The notes below the pieces were generated by a model. It had not been told where the DNA came from. It ran no database searches and saw only the letters and a list, made by a program, of their open reading frames with translations. Of a stretch of DNA of 64,000 nt, positions 7,655 through 17,053 are shown piece after piece. Numbering within the stretch: the first letter of the stretch is position 1; each line of letters begins with the position of its first letter. Position numbers and translations under genes: made by a program. The stretch is from an uncultured virus (IMG/VR IMGVR_UViG_3300020048_000097) (lineage: Duplodnaviria > Heunggongvirae > Uroviricota > Caudoviricetes), in IMG/VR virus record IMGVR_UViG_3300020048_000097. One strand, 5' to 3'.

Positions 7655-8080
7655 TTAATAATTTTTTGATTGTTTTTCTAAAAACTTTTTCTCAAATTTA
7701 GAAATTTTTTCGATACCAACCAAATTAATTCTATCTAAAATAAAATCAACTGTTACAAAAGATTCCATCCACTTATCTAATTCTTCTCTAAGTACAGGTA
7801 CTTTTTCCGGATTATATAAGTAGTTATCAGTATGATCCGTTATTTTATATCTAATTTCATACTTTTCTAATATAGCAATTGCTTTTTCTAAATCTTTTTC
7901 ATTTATCCAGATCCAATCTGCTATATTGTTTCTTTTTTTAATTGTATGATTAATACAATTATCGTTTATATTATAAACCCATTCTAATTCTTCGGGTGTA
8001 AATAGATCACACATATTGTCATATTCTTTTATAGTATGATCGTACTTAAATTTAACTAATCTGAAGTCTGAGATATTCAT
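7655..8080 (-). CDS. Hypothetical protein with C-terminal DxILDRI..G..xxxxExxFL module (DUF6576-like)
   Basis: VDFILDRINLVGIEKISKFEKKFL. Confidence 0.7.
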   Translation of the reverse strand: MNISDFRLVKFKYDHTIKEYDNMCDLFTPEELEWVYNINDNCINHTIKKRNNIADWIWINEKDLEKAIAILEKYEIRYKITDHTDNYLYNPEKVPVLREELDKWMESFVTVDFILDRINLVGIEKISKFEKKFLEKQSKNY

Positions 8081-8084
8081 ATTA

Positions 8085-8465
8085 TTAATTATTTATTAAT
8101 TTAAATTGTATTGGAATTACGCCTATTTTTTTACGCATTCTTTCTTTTTTCTTAATATCGGTTATTGTGTCTAATTTAGTTAATCTATCAAAACATAAAT
8201 GATTTAGATCAACATGATTAACTCCCATACTATGTCTATCTGTAATAACTACGGTGTCGATAACTTTATTTTTCAAATTAGTAATAACCATTCGCATATT
8301 TTTATATTTAAAGTGACAATATGCTGCGGTTGAATAAGGTCTGTTTACCTTTGGATGTGGTGTTGTGTCATAATAGGTTGCTTTCCCTGTCTTATTAGTA
8401 TTATTAACTATGCTTAAGTTAAATAATGATAATATTATTAGTAGTAGTGTTAGTATTTTTCTCAT
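8085..8465 (-). CDS. RlpA-like double-psi beta-barrel protein with signal peptide
   Basis: GKATYY, TAA, VVITDR and VDL motifs. Hydrophobic N-terminus from MRKILTLL. Confidence 0.65.
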   Translation of the reverse strand: MRKILTLLLIILSLFNLSIVNNTNKTGKATYYDTTPHPKVNRPYSTAAYCHFKYKNMRMVITNLKNKVIDTVVITDRHSMGVNHVDLNHLCFDRLTKLDTITDIKKKERMRKKIGVIPIQFKLINN

Positions 8466-8577
8466 ATTATTTTTATTTTTAAAAATAAAAAACTTATGTC
8501 TTTGAAACATAAGTTTTTAATGTTAAGTATTATATACCATATAAGTTATAGTAAAAATAAATAAAAAGTTTAAATAA

Positions 8578-9105
8578 TTATACTTGAACTGAATAGGTTG
8601 CAGTAAGTGTCCCACCAGCATTAACTGCTTGTAATACCACTGAATATGAACCTGATTGAAAGTATTGATCATGTTTATTTTGATTACTATAACTCTCGGT
8701 TATAGTAAAAGAGGTATTTTGTAATACAACACCATTTCTTGTAACAATATATCCATAATTATCTTTAACAATTATATTATAAGTATTAACACCTGCTAAT
8801 GAATTCCAAGTAAATGTGGTTGGTTGAATGCTACTATATGTAAATCCTAAACTACTTGTAGGTGCTATAAAATTCTGTGATCTCTCATTCCATTTTGCAT
8901 TGAAGGATAAAACACTATTGTCATTCCAACTAACACTTTCTACACCTGCGTTTAAAGTAACTTTTCTGATAGACCATATATCATCAGTATCTGATCCGTT
9001 TATTTTGTTTGAATAACCATAATATCTAGTTACTATCTGGTCACCTGTTGATGCGGTTGTGCCTAATTCTCTTCTAAGCCAATCGTTATTTAAATTTAAA
9101 CTCAT
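8578..9105 (-). CDS. Hypothetical, probably virion-associated beta-rich protein
   Basis: Ser/Thr/Asn-rich with an FN3/Ig-like C-terminal pattern. Confidence 0.6.
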   Translation of the reverse strand: MSLNLNNDWLRRELGTTASTGDQIVTRYYGYSNKINGSDTDDIWSIRKVTLNAGVESVSWNDNSVLSFNAKWNERSQNFIAPTSSLGFTYSSIQPTTFTWNSLAGVNTYNIIVKDNYGYIVTRNGVVLQNTSFTITESYSNQNKHDQYFQSGSYSVVLQAVNAGGTLTATYSVQV

Positions 9106-10009
9106 ATTTGGTAATTATTATTTTCGTCGTCCATTTCAGGATCAAAGCTATCTTTATTTGTATCAAGAAACTTAAAATTATCGGTTGTTATTCTAAATTT
9201 AGAATCCCATCTATTAAAGAATTCAACTAATTTTTTAATAGAATCACTTGTAAAAGAAAACATAGTTTCTGGATCTACAATAGACTTAGAACCTGTGTAA
9301 TCATGAGTTTCAACTATATTAGNNNNNNNNNNTTAAATGATGATACTACCGCATCACCATATGTTATATCAACATTTAATGATAAATTATCAGGGTTTGC
9401 CTGAGTTCCATCGTTATCCTTAAGTATATGAATATCGAATTCTAAATTATCTGGTTCACCATCTGCTAAGACATCATTATCTTCTTTATTTGGTGTGTTT
9501 TGTGAATATATTATTGATATTTTAAGTGGATCAACCGAAAGGTCACCTGAACCATATTTTTTACCTGGTTCTGCATTTAGTCCTGATTCCATTTCTTTCT
9601 TTTCTTCTTTACTTAATCCTAAATTAAGAGTCCAAGTTTTTGGTTGAGAATCTACACCTTTAGTATGAATAATTTGTAATTGTTTTGGTAATAATTCGAA
9701 TAGACGCTTTTCATCAAACATAGATATTCTACCATTTTCTTCTTTAAAATCATCTGGATCGTTCTCTGAAAGATTATTAAATTCTTCGTATAGTTTTAAA
9801 TACTTCATACTACTATATATTATTTCCTCGTTTGCTTTTTTAGAGATTCTAAATTTAAGCAAAGGTTTACCATTTATAGTAATATCTCCTTTTGCATTTT
9901 TACCTATTTTTTTAACAACTACTTTTTTATTCTTAAATCTTCCTCCAAGAATAGTGTCACCAACTTCAATAGGTATTCTAATATCTTCAAACTTTTTTAA
10001 ATTTTTCAT
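9102..10009 (-). CDS. Hypothetical protein spanning the N gap at 9323-9332, with a second in-frame start at 9808
   Basis: An open frame continues after the gap (NIVETHDYTGSK...YQI) to a TGA overlapping the next ATG. Contains two MKxLKxxE motifs. Confidence 0.65.
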
Positions 10010-11403
10010 TATGCAATATCTCCTTCGTCAAATGTATTTATCTCTTTAGCAAGTCTGTTGTCCCAACCTTTTGAAAACTCTTTTTTTTCAGAAGGATCTG
10101 CATTAGTTCTATATTGTTCAAGTCTTTGGTCTTTAATCTCTTGGTGAAGTTCTTTTAGTTCGTTTTTATCCATTGTGTTAACAATAGGTGTTAACTTTTT
10201 GTGTATATCACCCCAACCTTTTATGTCATCTACATTGTGTCCTAATTTATCCATAGATCTAGCATATACTGTTTTAGCAATACCTGGTCCTTGATTTACA
10301 CAAGCGTCATATAATATATTAGCAATTGATTGACTTTTAATATTTGAAAAACCTTGTGGGTTCCAATATTCACTTTCATAAATTTTAGTAGCGGTTTCTT
10401 TTTGCAAAGACTTCATTATATTTGTCCACTTTATACCAATGTCCTTTGAATTAACATATTTTTGATCCAATCTCCATTGTTCACCAAATGAAAGCAATTT
10501 ACTTCCACATAGTTCTTCGTATCTAGATCCATAACATTGTTTTAATGCTTTTATTTCTACATCAGATGTTGGTTTAATATCAGTTTTAATAATAGTAAAT
10601 GCTGCGATACCATGATTAGTTCCGATTAAGTAACCTGATTTACTAGATGGTCCACCAGTATAGTTACCTGCATCAATTGCATTATCTGTATAACCACCCT
10701 CTGCGAAAGAAACTAATTTATTTGCATCTTCAAATGAAGAACCAATTTGTTCTACTTCTTGTTTAGTATCAACTACTTCTTTATCTAACTTATTTGATGC
10801 TACTTCGGTTTTAACTTCACTTAAAAATTTATCTTTACCTGCATCTTGATCAGATATTAATTCACCAATCGGTAAACTTGAAATAGTCATTATTAATAAT
10901 GAAAGTTTTACAAATAAATCTTTTTTTACTTTATAAGGAAGTTCTTTTAATTCTTCTAATAATTTGTAGAAATATTTTTTAACTTGTTCTTTTGTATCTA
11001 AACCTTTTATAAATTCCTTTATCTTATTAAAAATAACAGAATTTACATCGAATTCGATATCTACGTCACCTTGTCTTATGTAGTCTCTAAATTTGTGTAA
11101 CTTTGATTTTACTTTACTAGCACCTGACTTTAAAGAATTAACATAATCTTTAATGCTTTTACTTTGTTGCTCAACATCTTTTGAGAAGTCCCAAACAATT
11201 TCTTTTGCTGGTTCATCTTTAATTATATCTGTATTCCTTTTTGAAGGTATATCCCACTCAACTGTGTCACCTGCACTTAATTTATCTTTATCAGTTAAAT
11301 CCCATTCATATGTATTTGATTCAACTAATATTAAAATGTCTTCTACAATTGATTTGAATTCTTTCTCTATTAAGAACTCATTATATTTAGATAATTTACT
11401 CAT
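10009..11403 (-). CDS. Glycoside hydrolase family 108 lysozyme domain fused to a long N-terminal region
   Basis: EGGY..D.G, GTNHGI, IY...YW, YDACVNQG and GWDNR motifs. Confidence 0.8.
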   Translation of the reverse strand: MSKLSKYNEFLIEKEFKSIVEDILILVESNTYEWDLTDKDKLSAGDTVEWDIPSKRNTDIIKDEPAKEIVWDFSKDVEQQSKSIKDYVNSLKSGASKVKSKLHKFRDYIRQGDVDIEFDVNSVIFNKIKEFIKGLDTKEQVKKYFYKLLEELKELPYKVKKDLFVKLSLLIMTISSLPIGELISDQDAGKDKFLSEVKTEVASNKLDKEVVDTKQEVEQIGSSFEDANKLVSFAEGGYTDNAIDAGNYTGGPSSKSGYLIGTNHGIAAFTIIKTDIKPTSDVEIKALKQCYGSRYEELCGSKLLSFGEQWRLDQKYVNSKDIGIKWTNIMKSLQKETATKIYESEYWNPQGFSNIKSQSIANILYDACVNQGPGIAKTVYARSMDKLGHNVDDIKGWGDIHKKLTPIVNTMDKNELKELHQEIKDQRLEQYRTNADPSEKKEFSKGWDNRLAKEINTFDEGDIA

Positions 11404-11439
11404 AAGTGTATATATTAAATTTATATACTTATTTTATGA

Positions 11440-11808
11440 CTATTGGTTTTTTTTATTTCTCTTGAAACTGGATGGTAAGATATGGTCGTTTAATTTAAAT
11501 ACTCTTAATAGAACAAATACTAATGTTCCACCAGGTAAAAGTGTAAGTGATGTTAAACCAATAACTCTTAGAACATCAACTGCTTGTTCTCTTATTTGTT
11601 CTTTTTCTTGTGGTGTTAAATCTCTTACATTACCATCACTATCCAATAACTGACCTCTTGATTCTTTTAATAAAAGATCAAATGCTTCTTTTGTTTCATC
11701 ATTCTCGTTTTTTATATTTTCAATAAACTCTTTGAAATTTACTTTAAGTTTGAGAATAAACTTATTTATGTCACTCATATATTCTTTTGGTGATTTAATG
11801 TATTTCAT
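11440..11808 (-). CDS. LETM1-like domain protein
   Basis: LTPQEKEQIREQAVDVL...LLPGG...LPSSF pattern. Confidence 0.6.
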   Translation of the reverse strand: MKYIKSPKEYMSDINKFILKLKVNFKEFIENIKNENDETKEAFDLLLKESRGQLLDSDGNVRDLTPQEKEQIREQAVDVLRVIGLTSLTLLPGGTLVFVLLRVFKLNDHILPSSFKRNKKNQ

Positions 11809-11868
11809 ATTATAAAACAAATTTAATTAAAAGATATATATTAATTGTATTAATTGAAAAATATTTAT

Positions 11869-11876
11869 TAACTTTG
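11869..11876 (+). promoter_or_regulatory. Bacteroidota -7 element TAACTTTG
   Basis: TAnnTTTG 5 nt before the ATG. The -33 element is weak. Confidence 0.4.
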
Positions 11877-11881
11877 CTATT

Positions 11882-12652
11882 ATGAAAAGATTATTTTATT
11901 TAGGAGACATTCACGGGACTTTTAATTTGGTTAACCAATATATCAAGAAGTTTGATATAACAGATGCTTATATTATACAAGTTGGTGACTTTGGTGTTGG
12001 ATTCAGCACTGAGATAAAAGAACGTCGTTTATTAGAAATGACAAATGATTCATTAGCGAAACGTAATATTGTTATGTATGCATTTCGTGGTAATCACGAT
12101 TTCAAACCTTATTTCGATAATGATCCATTTGGTTTAAGTAACATAAAATTATTACCTGATTATAGTGTTCTAGAATTATGTGGTAAGAAAATACTTTGTG
12201 TTGGTGGTGCAGTTTCTGTTGATCGTCAATGGCGAATGACTAAATTACAAAAACAAGGTGATCATATAAGTGATATAAGAACTAAAAGTTGGTGGCCAGA
12301 TGAAGTATTTAATTTGGATGTTGATAAAGTGACTTCTATAAAAGATATTGATATCATATTAACACATACTTGTCCTGCTTATTGCCCTCCTGATAACACA
12401 TTTAGTTTTGGACCATTCGTTGAAGGTATAATAAAAGAAACTGGTGATACTGATTTAAAAACAGATTTAAATTTTGAGCGTCAACAAATGAATGAATTAT
12501 TTCATTTATTAAAATTGAATGGAAATAATATAGAAAAGCATTACTATGGGCACTTCCATTCAAGTAATTTAATAACAATTGATGGTTGTCAACACCGAAT
12601 GTTGGGAGTTGGTGAACTTTGGGAAGAGAAGTTAGATAATTATGAGATATAA
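11882..12652 (+). CDS. Calcineurin-like metallophosphoesterase
   Basis: GDIHG, GDFG, GNHD, THT and GHFH motifs. Confidence 0.9.
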   Translation: MKRLFYLGDIHGTFNLVNQYIKKFDITDAYIIQVGDFGVGFSTEIKERRLLEMTNDSLAKRNIVMYAFRGNHDFKPYFDNDPFGLSNIKLLPDYSVLELCGKKILCVGGAVSVDRQWRMTKLQKQGDHISDIRTKSWWPDEVFNLDVDKVTSIKDIDIILTHTCPAYCPPDNTFSFGPFVEGIIKETGDTDLKTDLNFERQQMNELFHLLKLNGNNIEKHYYGHFHSSNLITIDGCQHRMLGVGELWEEKLDNYEI

Positions 12653-12836
12653 AACAGTTATACATATTAAATTTAAACTTACCGGGCGTTTTGAGTTATT
12701 CATAAACCTCGGTAAGTTATATTCTACATATAGTGAGGCTGAATTAGGTGTAAGTAGACACACTCTAAATAAACGTGATTTATTTGATGGTTATAATAAT
12801 AATACGGTAGAGATTTTTAAGTGTATTATTAAATAA
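12642..12836 (+). CDS. Small hypothetical protein
   Basis: ORF overlapping the previous stop codon. Confidence 0.55.
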   Translation: MRYKTVIHIKFKLTGRFELFINLGKLYSTYSEAELGVSRHTLNKRDLFDGYNNNTVEIFKCIIK

Positions 12837-12861
12837 TATATACTTAAAAATAGTCAATACT

Positions 12862-13305
12862 ATGAAACATAATGTAAAATCATTTGAAGAATTACATAAA
12901 ACTAGACCTGAAATAACAGACGCAAATAAAGATCACGAAGAAAGTTTATCAAAATTAGATAAGATTGCCGTCTGGATTACTGATCGCGTGGGAACTATGA
13001 GTTTCTTCATTGCTATTTTCATATGGACAATATCTTGGTTGAGTTGGAATTCATTAGCACCTGTTGCAATGAGATTTGATCCATTTCCAGCATTTGTACT
13101 TTGGTTATTCATTTCTAATATGATACAAATATTCCTAATGCCATTGCTTATGATTGGTCAAAATCTACAATCAAAACATTCTGAGACAAGAGCAGAAAAT
13201 CACTACGAAGTAAGTATTAAAACCGAAGAAGAAATAGATACTATAATAAAACATTTAGAGAACCAAAATGAATTATTAGAAGAATTCTTAAAAAAGAAGA
13301 AATAA
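12862..13305 (+). CDS. DUF1003-like membrane protein
   Basis: DKIA...VGTM.FF, FDPFP.F and PLLMIGQN motifs. Confidence 0.8.
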   Translation: MKHNVKSFEELHKTRPEITDANKDHEESLSKLDKIAVWITDRVGTMSFFIAIFIWTISWLSWNSLAPVAMRFDPFPAFVLWLFISNMIQIFLMPLLMIGQNLQSKHSETRAENHYEVSIKTEEEIDTIIKHLENQNELLEEFLKKKK

Positions 13306-13307
13306 TT

Positions 13308-13517
13308 CTAACCGGTTACTATTATTTCACCAAGATTATGAGCCATTATCATCCATTTGAATTTATGGTGATCTAGAATACTTATAGTTTTCTTTCTCAT
13401 TGTTTCTGAATTACCTGTTATTATAGTCATTGGTGTTTTATTAGTCAATACGAAATCTTCGACCAATATATCAACATCAGCGTGTTTTATTCCATGTAGA
13501 TCTAATTTATTTTTCAT
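13308..13517 (-). CDS. Small Smr-like domain protein
   Basis: LDLHG and IITGNS motifs. TATATTTG -7 element at 13535-13542. Confidence 0.7.
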   Translation of the reverse strand: MKNKLDLHGIKHADVDILVEDFVLTNKTPMTIITGNSETMRKKTISILDHHKFKWMIMAHNLGEIIVTG

Positions 13518-13576
13518 ATTATTTTTCTATTATGCAAATATAATAAACATTTAGTTAAAATAAAAATATAATAAGC

Positions 13577-13924
13577 ATGATTATTTCAATATTTTATGTC
13601 GTTTTTTTATTATTCATATGGTTCGATACAACCGCATTTGTTGACTACTCAAAACTATTCAGACTTAATAAAATATTCTTAATTAGTAATTGGGAAGAAT
13701 ATAGAACTATAAATCCTAGAATAGATTATTTAAGTTTTATCGGTACTAGAAAAAGAAACTTTATAACTAAATTAGTTAGTTGTAAACCTTGTTTTACTTT
13801 TTGGTTAAGTATAATTTCTTGTTTAATTTTTTCTAAAATTTTATATTTACCTATCGTTTACATACTATCATATTTGATATATAACATATACGTTTATATA
13901 TTATGGAAATTAAAAAAGTCTTAA
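13577..13924 (+). CDS. Membrane protein with CxxCxxxW (DUF1360-like)
   Basis: Hydrophobic segments and KLVSCKPCFTFW. Confidence 0.55.
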   Translation: MIISIFYVVFLLFIWFDTTAFVDYSKLFRLNKIFLISNWEEYRTINPRIDYLSFIGTRKRNFITKLVSCKPCFTFWLSIISCLIFSKILYLPIVYILSYLIYNIYVYILWKLKKS

Positions 13925-14178
13925 AGATAGAATCCCCTGTACATCTAGTTAAGTTGCTAGAGAATAAAAATGAAATTGTTGATACTGCAGATGATCAAAT
14001 ATTTCATATACTTAATTATTATATTGATTGCGTTAATGACTATTTATATGGTTGTAAATGTGAAGAAGAATTACACTACGATAGAATGATTGTAGAGTAT
14101 GAAAATACAATACGTCAAGAAGAAGTAGTAAATCATTTAATGAAAGGTTTTGGGTGCGATAGAATCGATTTTAACTAA
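13903..14178 (+). CDS. Hypothetical protein
   Basis: ORF in operon. Confidence 0.65.
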   Translation: MEIKKVLKIESPVHLVKLLENKNEIVDTADDQIFHILNYYIDCVNDYLYGCKCEEELHYDRMIVEYENTIRQEEVVNHLMKGFGCDRIDFN

Positions 14179-14423
14179 TGTGGTATGTGTATCTATTAGA
14201 ATGTTCTGATAGTTCTTTATATTGCGGTATAACGAATGATATCGAAAATAGAATAGCAACACATAATAGTGGTAAAGGTGCTAAATATACAAAAGTTAGA
14301 TTACCTGTTAAATTATATTGGTTTGAGGAACAGCCTGATCGAAGTGCTGCTAGTAAAAGAGAGTATAAGATTAAAAAATTATCTAGAAAAGAAAAGATTA
14401 AATTAAAAAACCCACTCGATTGA
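14178..14423 (+). CDS. GIY-YIG nuclease (UPF0213/YhbQ-like)
   Basis: WYVYLL.C.D.SLY.GIT...R...HN.GKGAKYT. Confidence 0.9.
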   Translation: MWYVYLLECSDSSLYCGITNDIENRIATHNSGKGAKYTKVRLPVKLYWFEEQPDRSAASKREYKIKKLSRKEKIKLKNPLD

Positions 14424-14434
14424 GTGGGTTTTTT
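14405..14434. terminator. Bidirectional intrinsic terminator
   Basis: AAAAAACCCACTCGATTGAGTGGGTTTTTT. Confidence 0.85.
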
Positions 14435-14436
14435 AA

Positions 14437-14862
14437 TTATTGTGCTTCTAGTACTTCTAGTACTTCAATTTCAAAAGAAAGATCCATATTTGCTAATGGA
14501 TGATTACCATCGATAACAACGAAGTCTTCCAATATTTCTTTAACTCTTACTGGAACTGGCTCACCATTTCCACCATTCGCTTGAAGAACTGTTCCAACTT
14601 CAACATCACCTGGCATTTTATCTTTTGGTACTTGAACAAAAAGATCTTCTCTAATTGGTCCGTATGCTTCATCAGTTGGAATTGTCACATTTACTTTATC
14701 ACCAACTATTTTACCCAAAACAGCATTTTGGAAGCCAATGATTATATTATCTGCACCAACTGTAAAAGTTAATGGATCTCTTCCTTCAGAAGAGTCAAAA
14801 ACTTCTCCATCTGATAATTTTCCTGTGTAGTGTACCGTTACGGTACTTCCGCTTTTAATCAT
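14437..14862 (-). CDS. slyD: FKBP-type peptidyl-prolyl isomerase (SlyD-like)
   Basis: VTVHYTG..DG.VFDSS, AYG and D.NHPLA motifs. Confidence 0.9.
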   Translation of the reverse strand: MIKSGSTVTVHYTGKLSDGEVFDSSEGRDPLTFTVGADNIIIGFQNAVLGKIVGDKVNVTIPTDEAYGPIREDLFVQVPKDKMPGDVEVGTVLQANGGNGEPVPVRVKEILEDFVVIDGNHPLANMDLSFEIEVLEVLEAQ

Positions 14863-14906
14863 ATAAAGTTTTATTTTTTATTTATATGATTTTTAAATAA
14901 AAAAGT

Positions 14907-15641
14907 TTATATAGTTCTTAATTCTATTTCACCATTCATATTTTCAACTAGATAAGAACAAGATTCACAGAAATCACCAGTGTTATAATATCTTTTATCA
15001 TTTATATCTTCGATTGCTGGTGTGTGTATATGACCGATCATAATTGCATCACAATTATTATCTTCAATTTTCTTCATACTAAGGTATTTAAAATCATTTA
15101 TAAAAGAAACAGCATCTTTTACTTTACTTTTTAAAAATTTAGATAAAGACCAATATTCTAATCCAAACATTTTCCTTATTTTATTATAGATTGTATTTAT
15201 TTTAAAACTTAATTCATATGCCCAATCACCTAACATATATAGAAATGGATGTAGTCTAACAAAGCCATCGAATTGGTCACCGTGACATATGTATATTGTT
15301 TCACCTTTTGCGGTTGTATAATATAATTCATCTGATATTTCTATATCTCCTAGACTTATATTACCTTCTTTTATAAGTTCTCTTAGATAATGATCATGAT
15401 TACCAAGTATATAATTGACTTTAACTCCTTTTCTAGACATTCTTAATACTTTTTGAATAATAGTTGAGTGACTTTCTTTCCAATAAAATTTTCTCTTTAA
15501 AGATGTTAAATCAACAAAGTCTCCTACTATTATTAGTTGTTCAAATTCATAATTTTTAAGAACTTCCAGTAATTTATCTGCTTGACTTTTTTTTGTACCT
15601 AAGTGAACGTCGGATATGAATAGTGTTCTAATTTTTTCCAC
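14907..15641 (-). CDS. UDP-2,3-diacylglucosamine hydrolase-like (LpxH/YbbF) metallophosphoesterase
   Basis: SDVHLG, GDFVD, GNHD, HGDQFD, GHIH and NTGD motifs. Confidence 0.85.
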   Translation of the reverse strand: MEKIRTLFISDVHLGTKKSQADKLLEVLKNYEFEQLIIVGDFVDLTSLKRKFYWKESHSTIIQKVLRMSRKGVKVNYILGNHDHYLRELIKEGNISLGDIEISDELYYTTAKGETIYICHGDQFDGFVRLHPFLYMLGDWAYELSFKINTIYNKIRKMFGLEYWSLSKFLKSKVKDAVSFINDFKYLSMKKIEDNNCDAIMIGHIHTPAIEDINDKRYYNTGDFCESCSYLVENMNGEIELRTI

Positions 15642-16608
15642 AATATTTTATTATTTTTTCTATGATATCATCAATTGGATTATCCCATTTATAATCTATA
15701 CTTTTATAGTTTGTTAACCAATTAGATATTGAATCTGCATTCAAATCGTCTGTCATTACACCTAATTTTTTTAACGATATTGCATTACACAATTGCTCAT
15801 ATTGTTTTTTTATTGGAATTGACCAAAGTTTTTTATTTAAAATTAGTGCTTCACTTGTTGTTGAGAACCCAGATGCTGTTATGACACCAGAACAACTTAG
15901 TAGATCTTTTGTGAATTCTTCTTTATTTGGTTTTTTTAATAGAATACCTTCTTTTATAGTGTCTTTTTTTATATCAGGTGAATATATCTTCCATTTATAA
16001 TTTGTGAATTTTTTAACCTGTTCAAATATAGAATCAGTGGATAAAGATGGAAGATAAATTAATATAGATCCATCATCTGTTATCTTTTTACCAAGAAGAT
16101 CTTCATTTATTATTGGCTTTACTATAAAATCATCATAGTTATCATAACCTAAACCAATATTAATATCACAAGGTGCAAATTTTTTAAGAAAGATCTCGGC
16201 TAATTTACTTTTTCTTTTGGGTCTATGAATTTTATTTGATCTAAATGAGTATTGATTACCAATACCGATTGATTTGACATTTTGTCTTATAGCACTCCAA
16301 GCAGATATTGGTTCAAAATCAGATATAACTAAGTCATAATTGCTTACATCATAATCTATATCTTTTATGAATTTCTTCAATTCTGCATTTTTTATTGTAT
16401 TGAACCAATCTATACCACCATTTCTATTATAGAACATTGATATTCCACTATGATGTGATTTGATCTCATATGGTATTTCTAATTGATAGTTATTACCAGA
16501 TGTTATGATATCAACTTCAAAGCCCCTTTCTTTAAGAGATTTTATTATTTGAATTGATCTTGTTATATGTCCATTTCCGGTTAACTGAATACCATATAAA
16601 ATTTTCAT
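15628..16608 (-). CDS. GT-B glycosyltransferase (MJ1255/VC2487-like)
   Basis: MKILYG..TGNGHITR, ISDFEP, GF.T.SEAL and QYEQ.CNA motifs. Confidence 0.85.
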   Translation of the reverse strand: MKILYGIQLTGNGHITRSIQIIKSLKERGFEVDIITSGNNYQLEIPYEIKSHHSGISMFYNRNGGIDWFNTIKNAELKKFIKDIDYDVSNYDLVISDFEPISAWSAIRQNVKSIGIGNQYSFRSNKIHRPKRKSKLAEIFLKKFAPCDINIGLGYDNYDDFIVKPIINEDLLGKKITDDGSILIYLPSLSTDSIFEQVKKFTNYKWKIYSPDIKKDTIKEGILLKKPNKEEFTKDLLSCSGVITASGFSTTSEALILNKKLWSIPIKKQYEQLCNAISLKKLGVMTDDLNADSISNWLTNYKSIDYKWDNPIDDIIEKIIKYCGKN

Positions 16609-16731
16609 AATCTATATATGGTTTGTTTTGGATAAAAATATTGATTTTTTAAATAATAGTTATTAAGTTATTGTTAATTTTTTTTAATAATAAATTATCA
16701 AAACTTTTTATTCTTATTATATAAAATTATT

Positions 16732-17043
16732 ATGAAAATATCAGAGAAAATATCGGAAGTAACTTCACATCTAAACGATGAGAGATATAATTATCTTATT
16801 GTTCCAATTGCTATATTAAATATACTTGATCAAGATAATAGATTTTTATATTTACCATATGGAGAGATAAATGGACTGACTAAAGTTGGTAATTTTATGT
16901 GGTATGAAGTTTATCTTGATATTCTTATGCCACCAGATCAGATTCTTATTTATTGTGATAAGTCTATTACTAGGAATAATAAGATTGACTTTTTATTAGG
17001 TGATGATGAGTTATTAAAAGAAAAAAGGGTTAATTTAAATTAA
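16732..17043 (+). CDS. Hypothetical protein with RNNKIDFLL motif
   Basis: ORF, recurring motif. Confidence 0.65.
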   Translation: MKISEKISEVTSHLNDERYNYLIVPIAILNILDQDNRFLYLPYGEINGLTKVGNFMWYEVYLDILMPPDQILIYCDKSITRNNKIDFLLGDDELLKEKRVNLN

Positions 17044-17051
17044 CCCTTTTT
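17021..17051. terminator. Bidirectional terminator
   Basis: AAAAAAGGGTTAATTTAAATTAACCCTTTTT inverted repeat between convergent genes. Confidence 0.7.
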
Positions 17052-17053
17052 AT

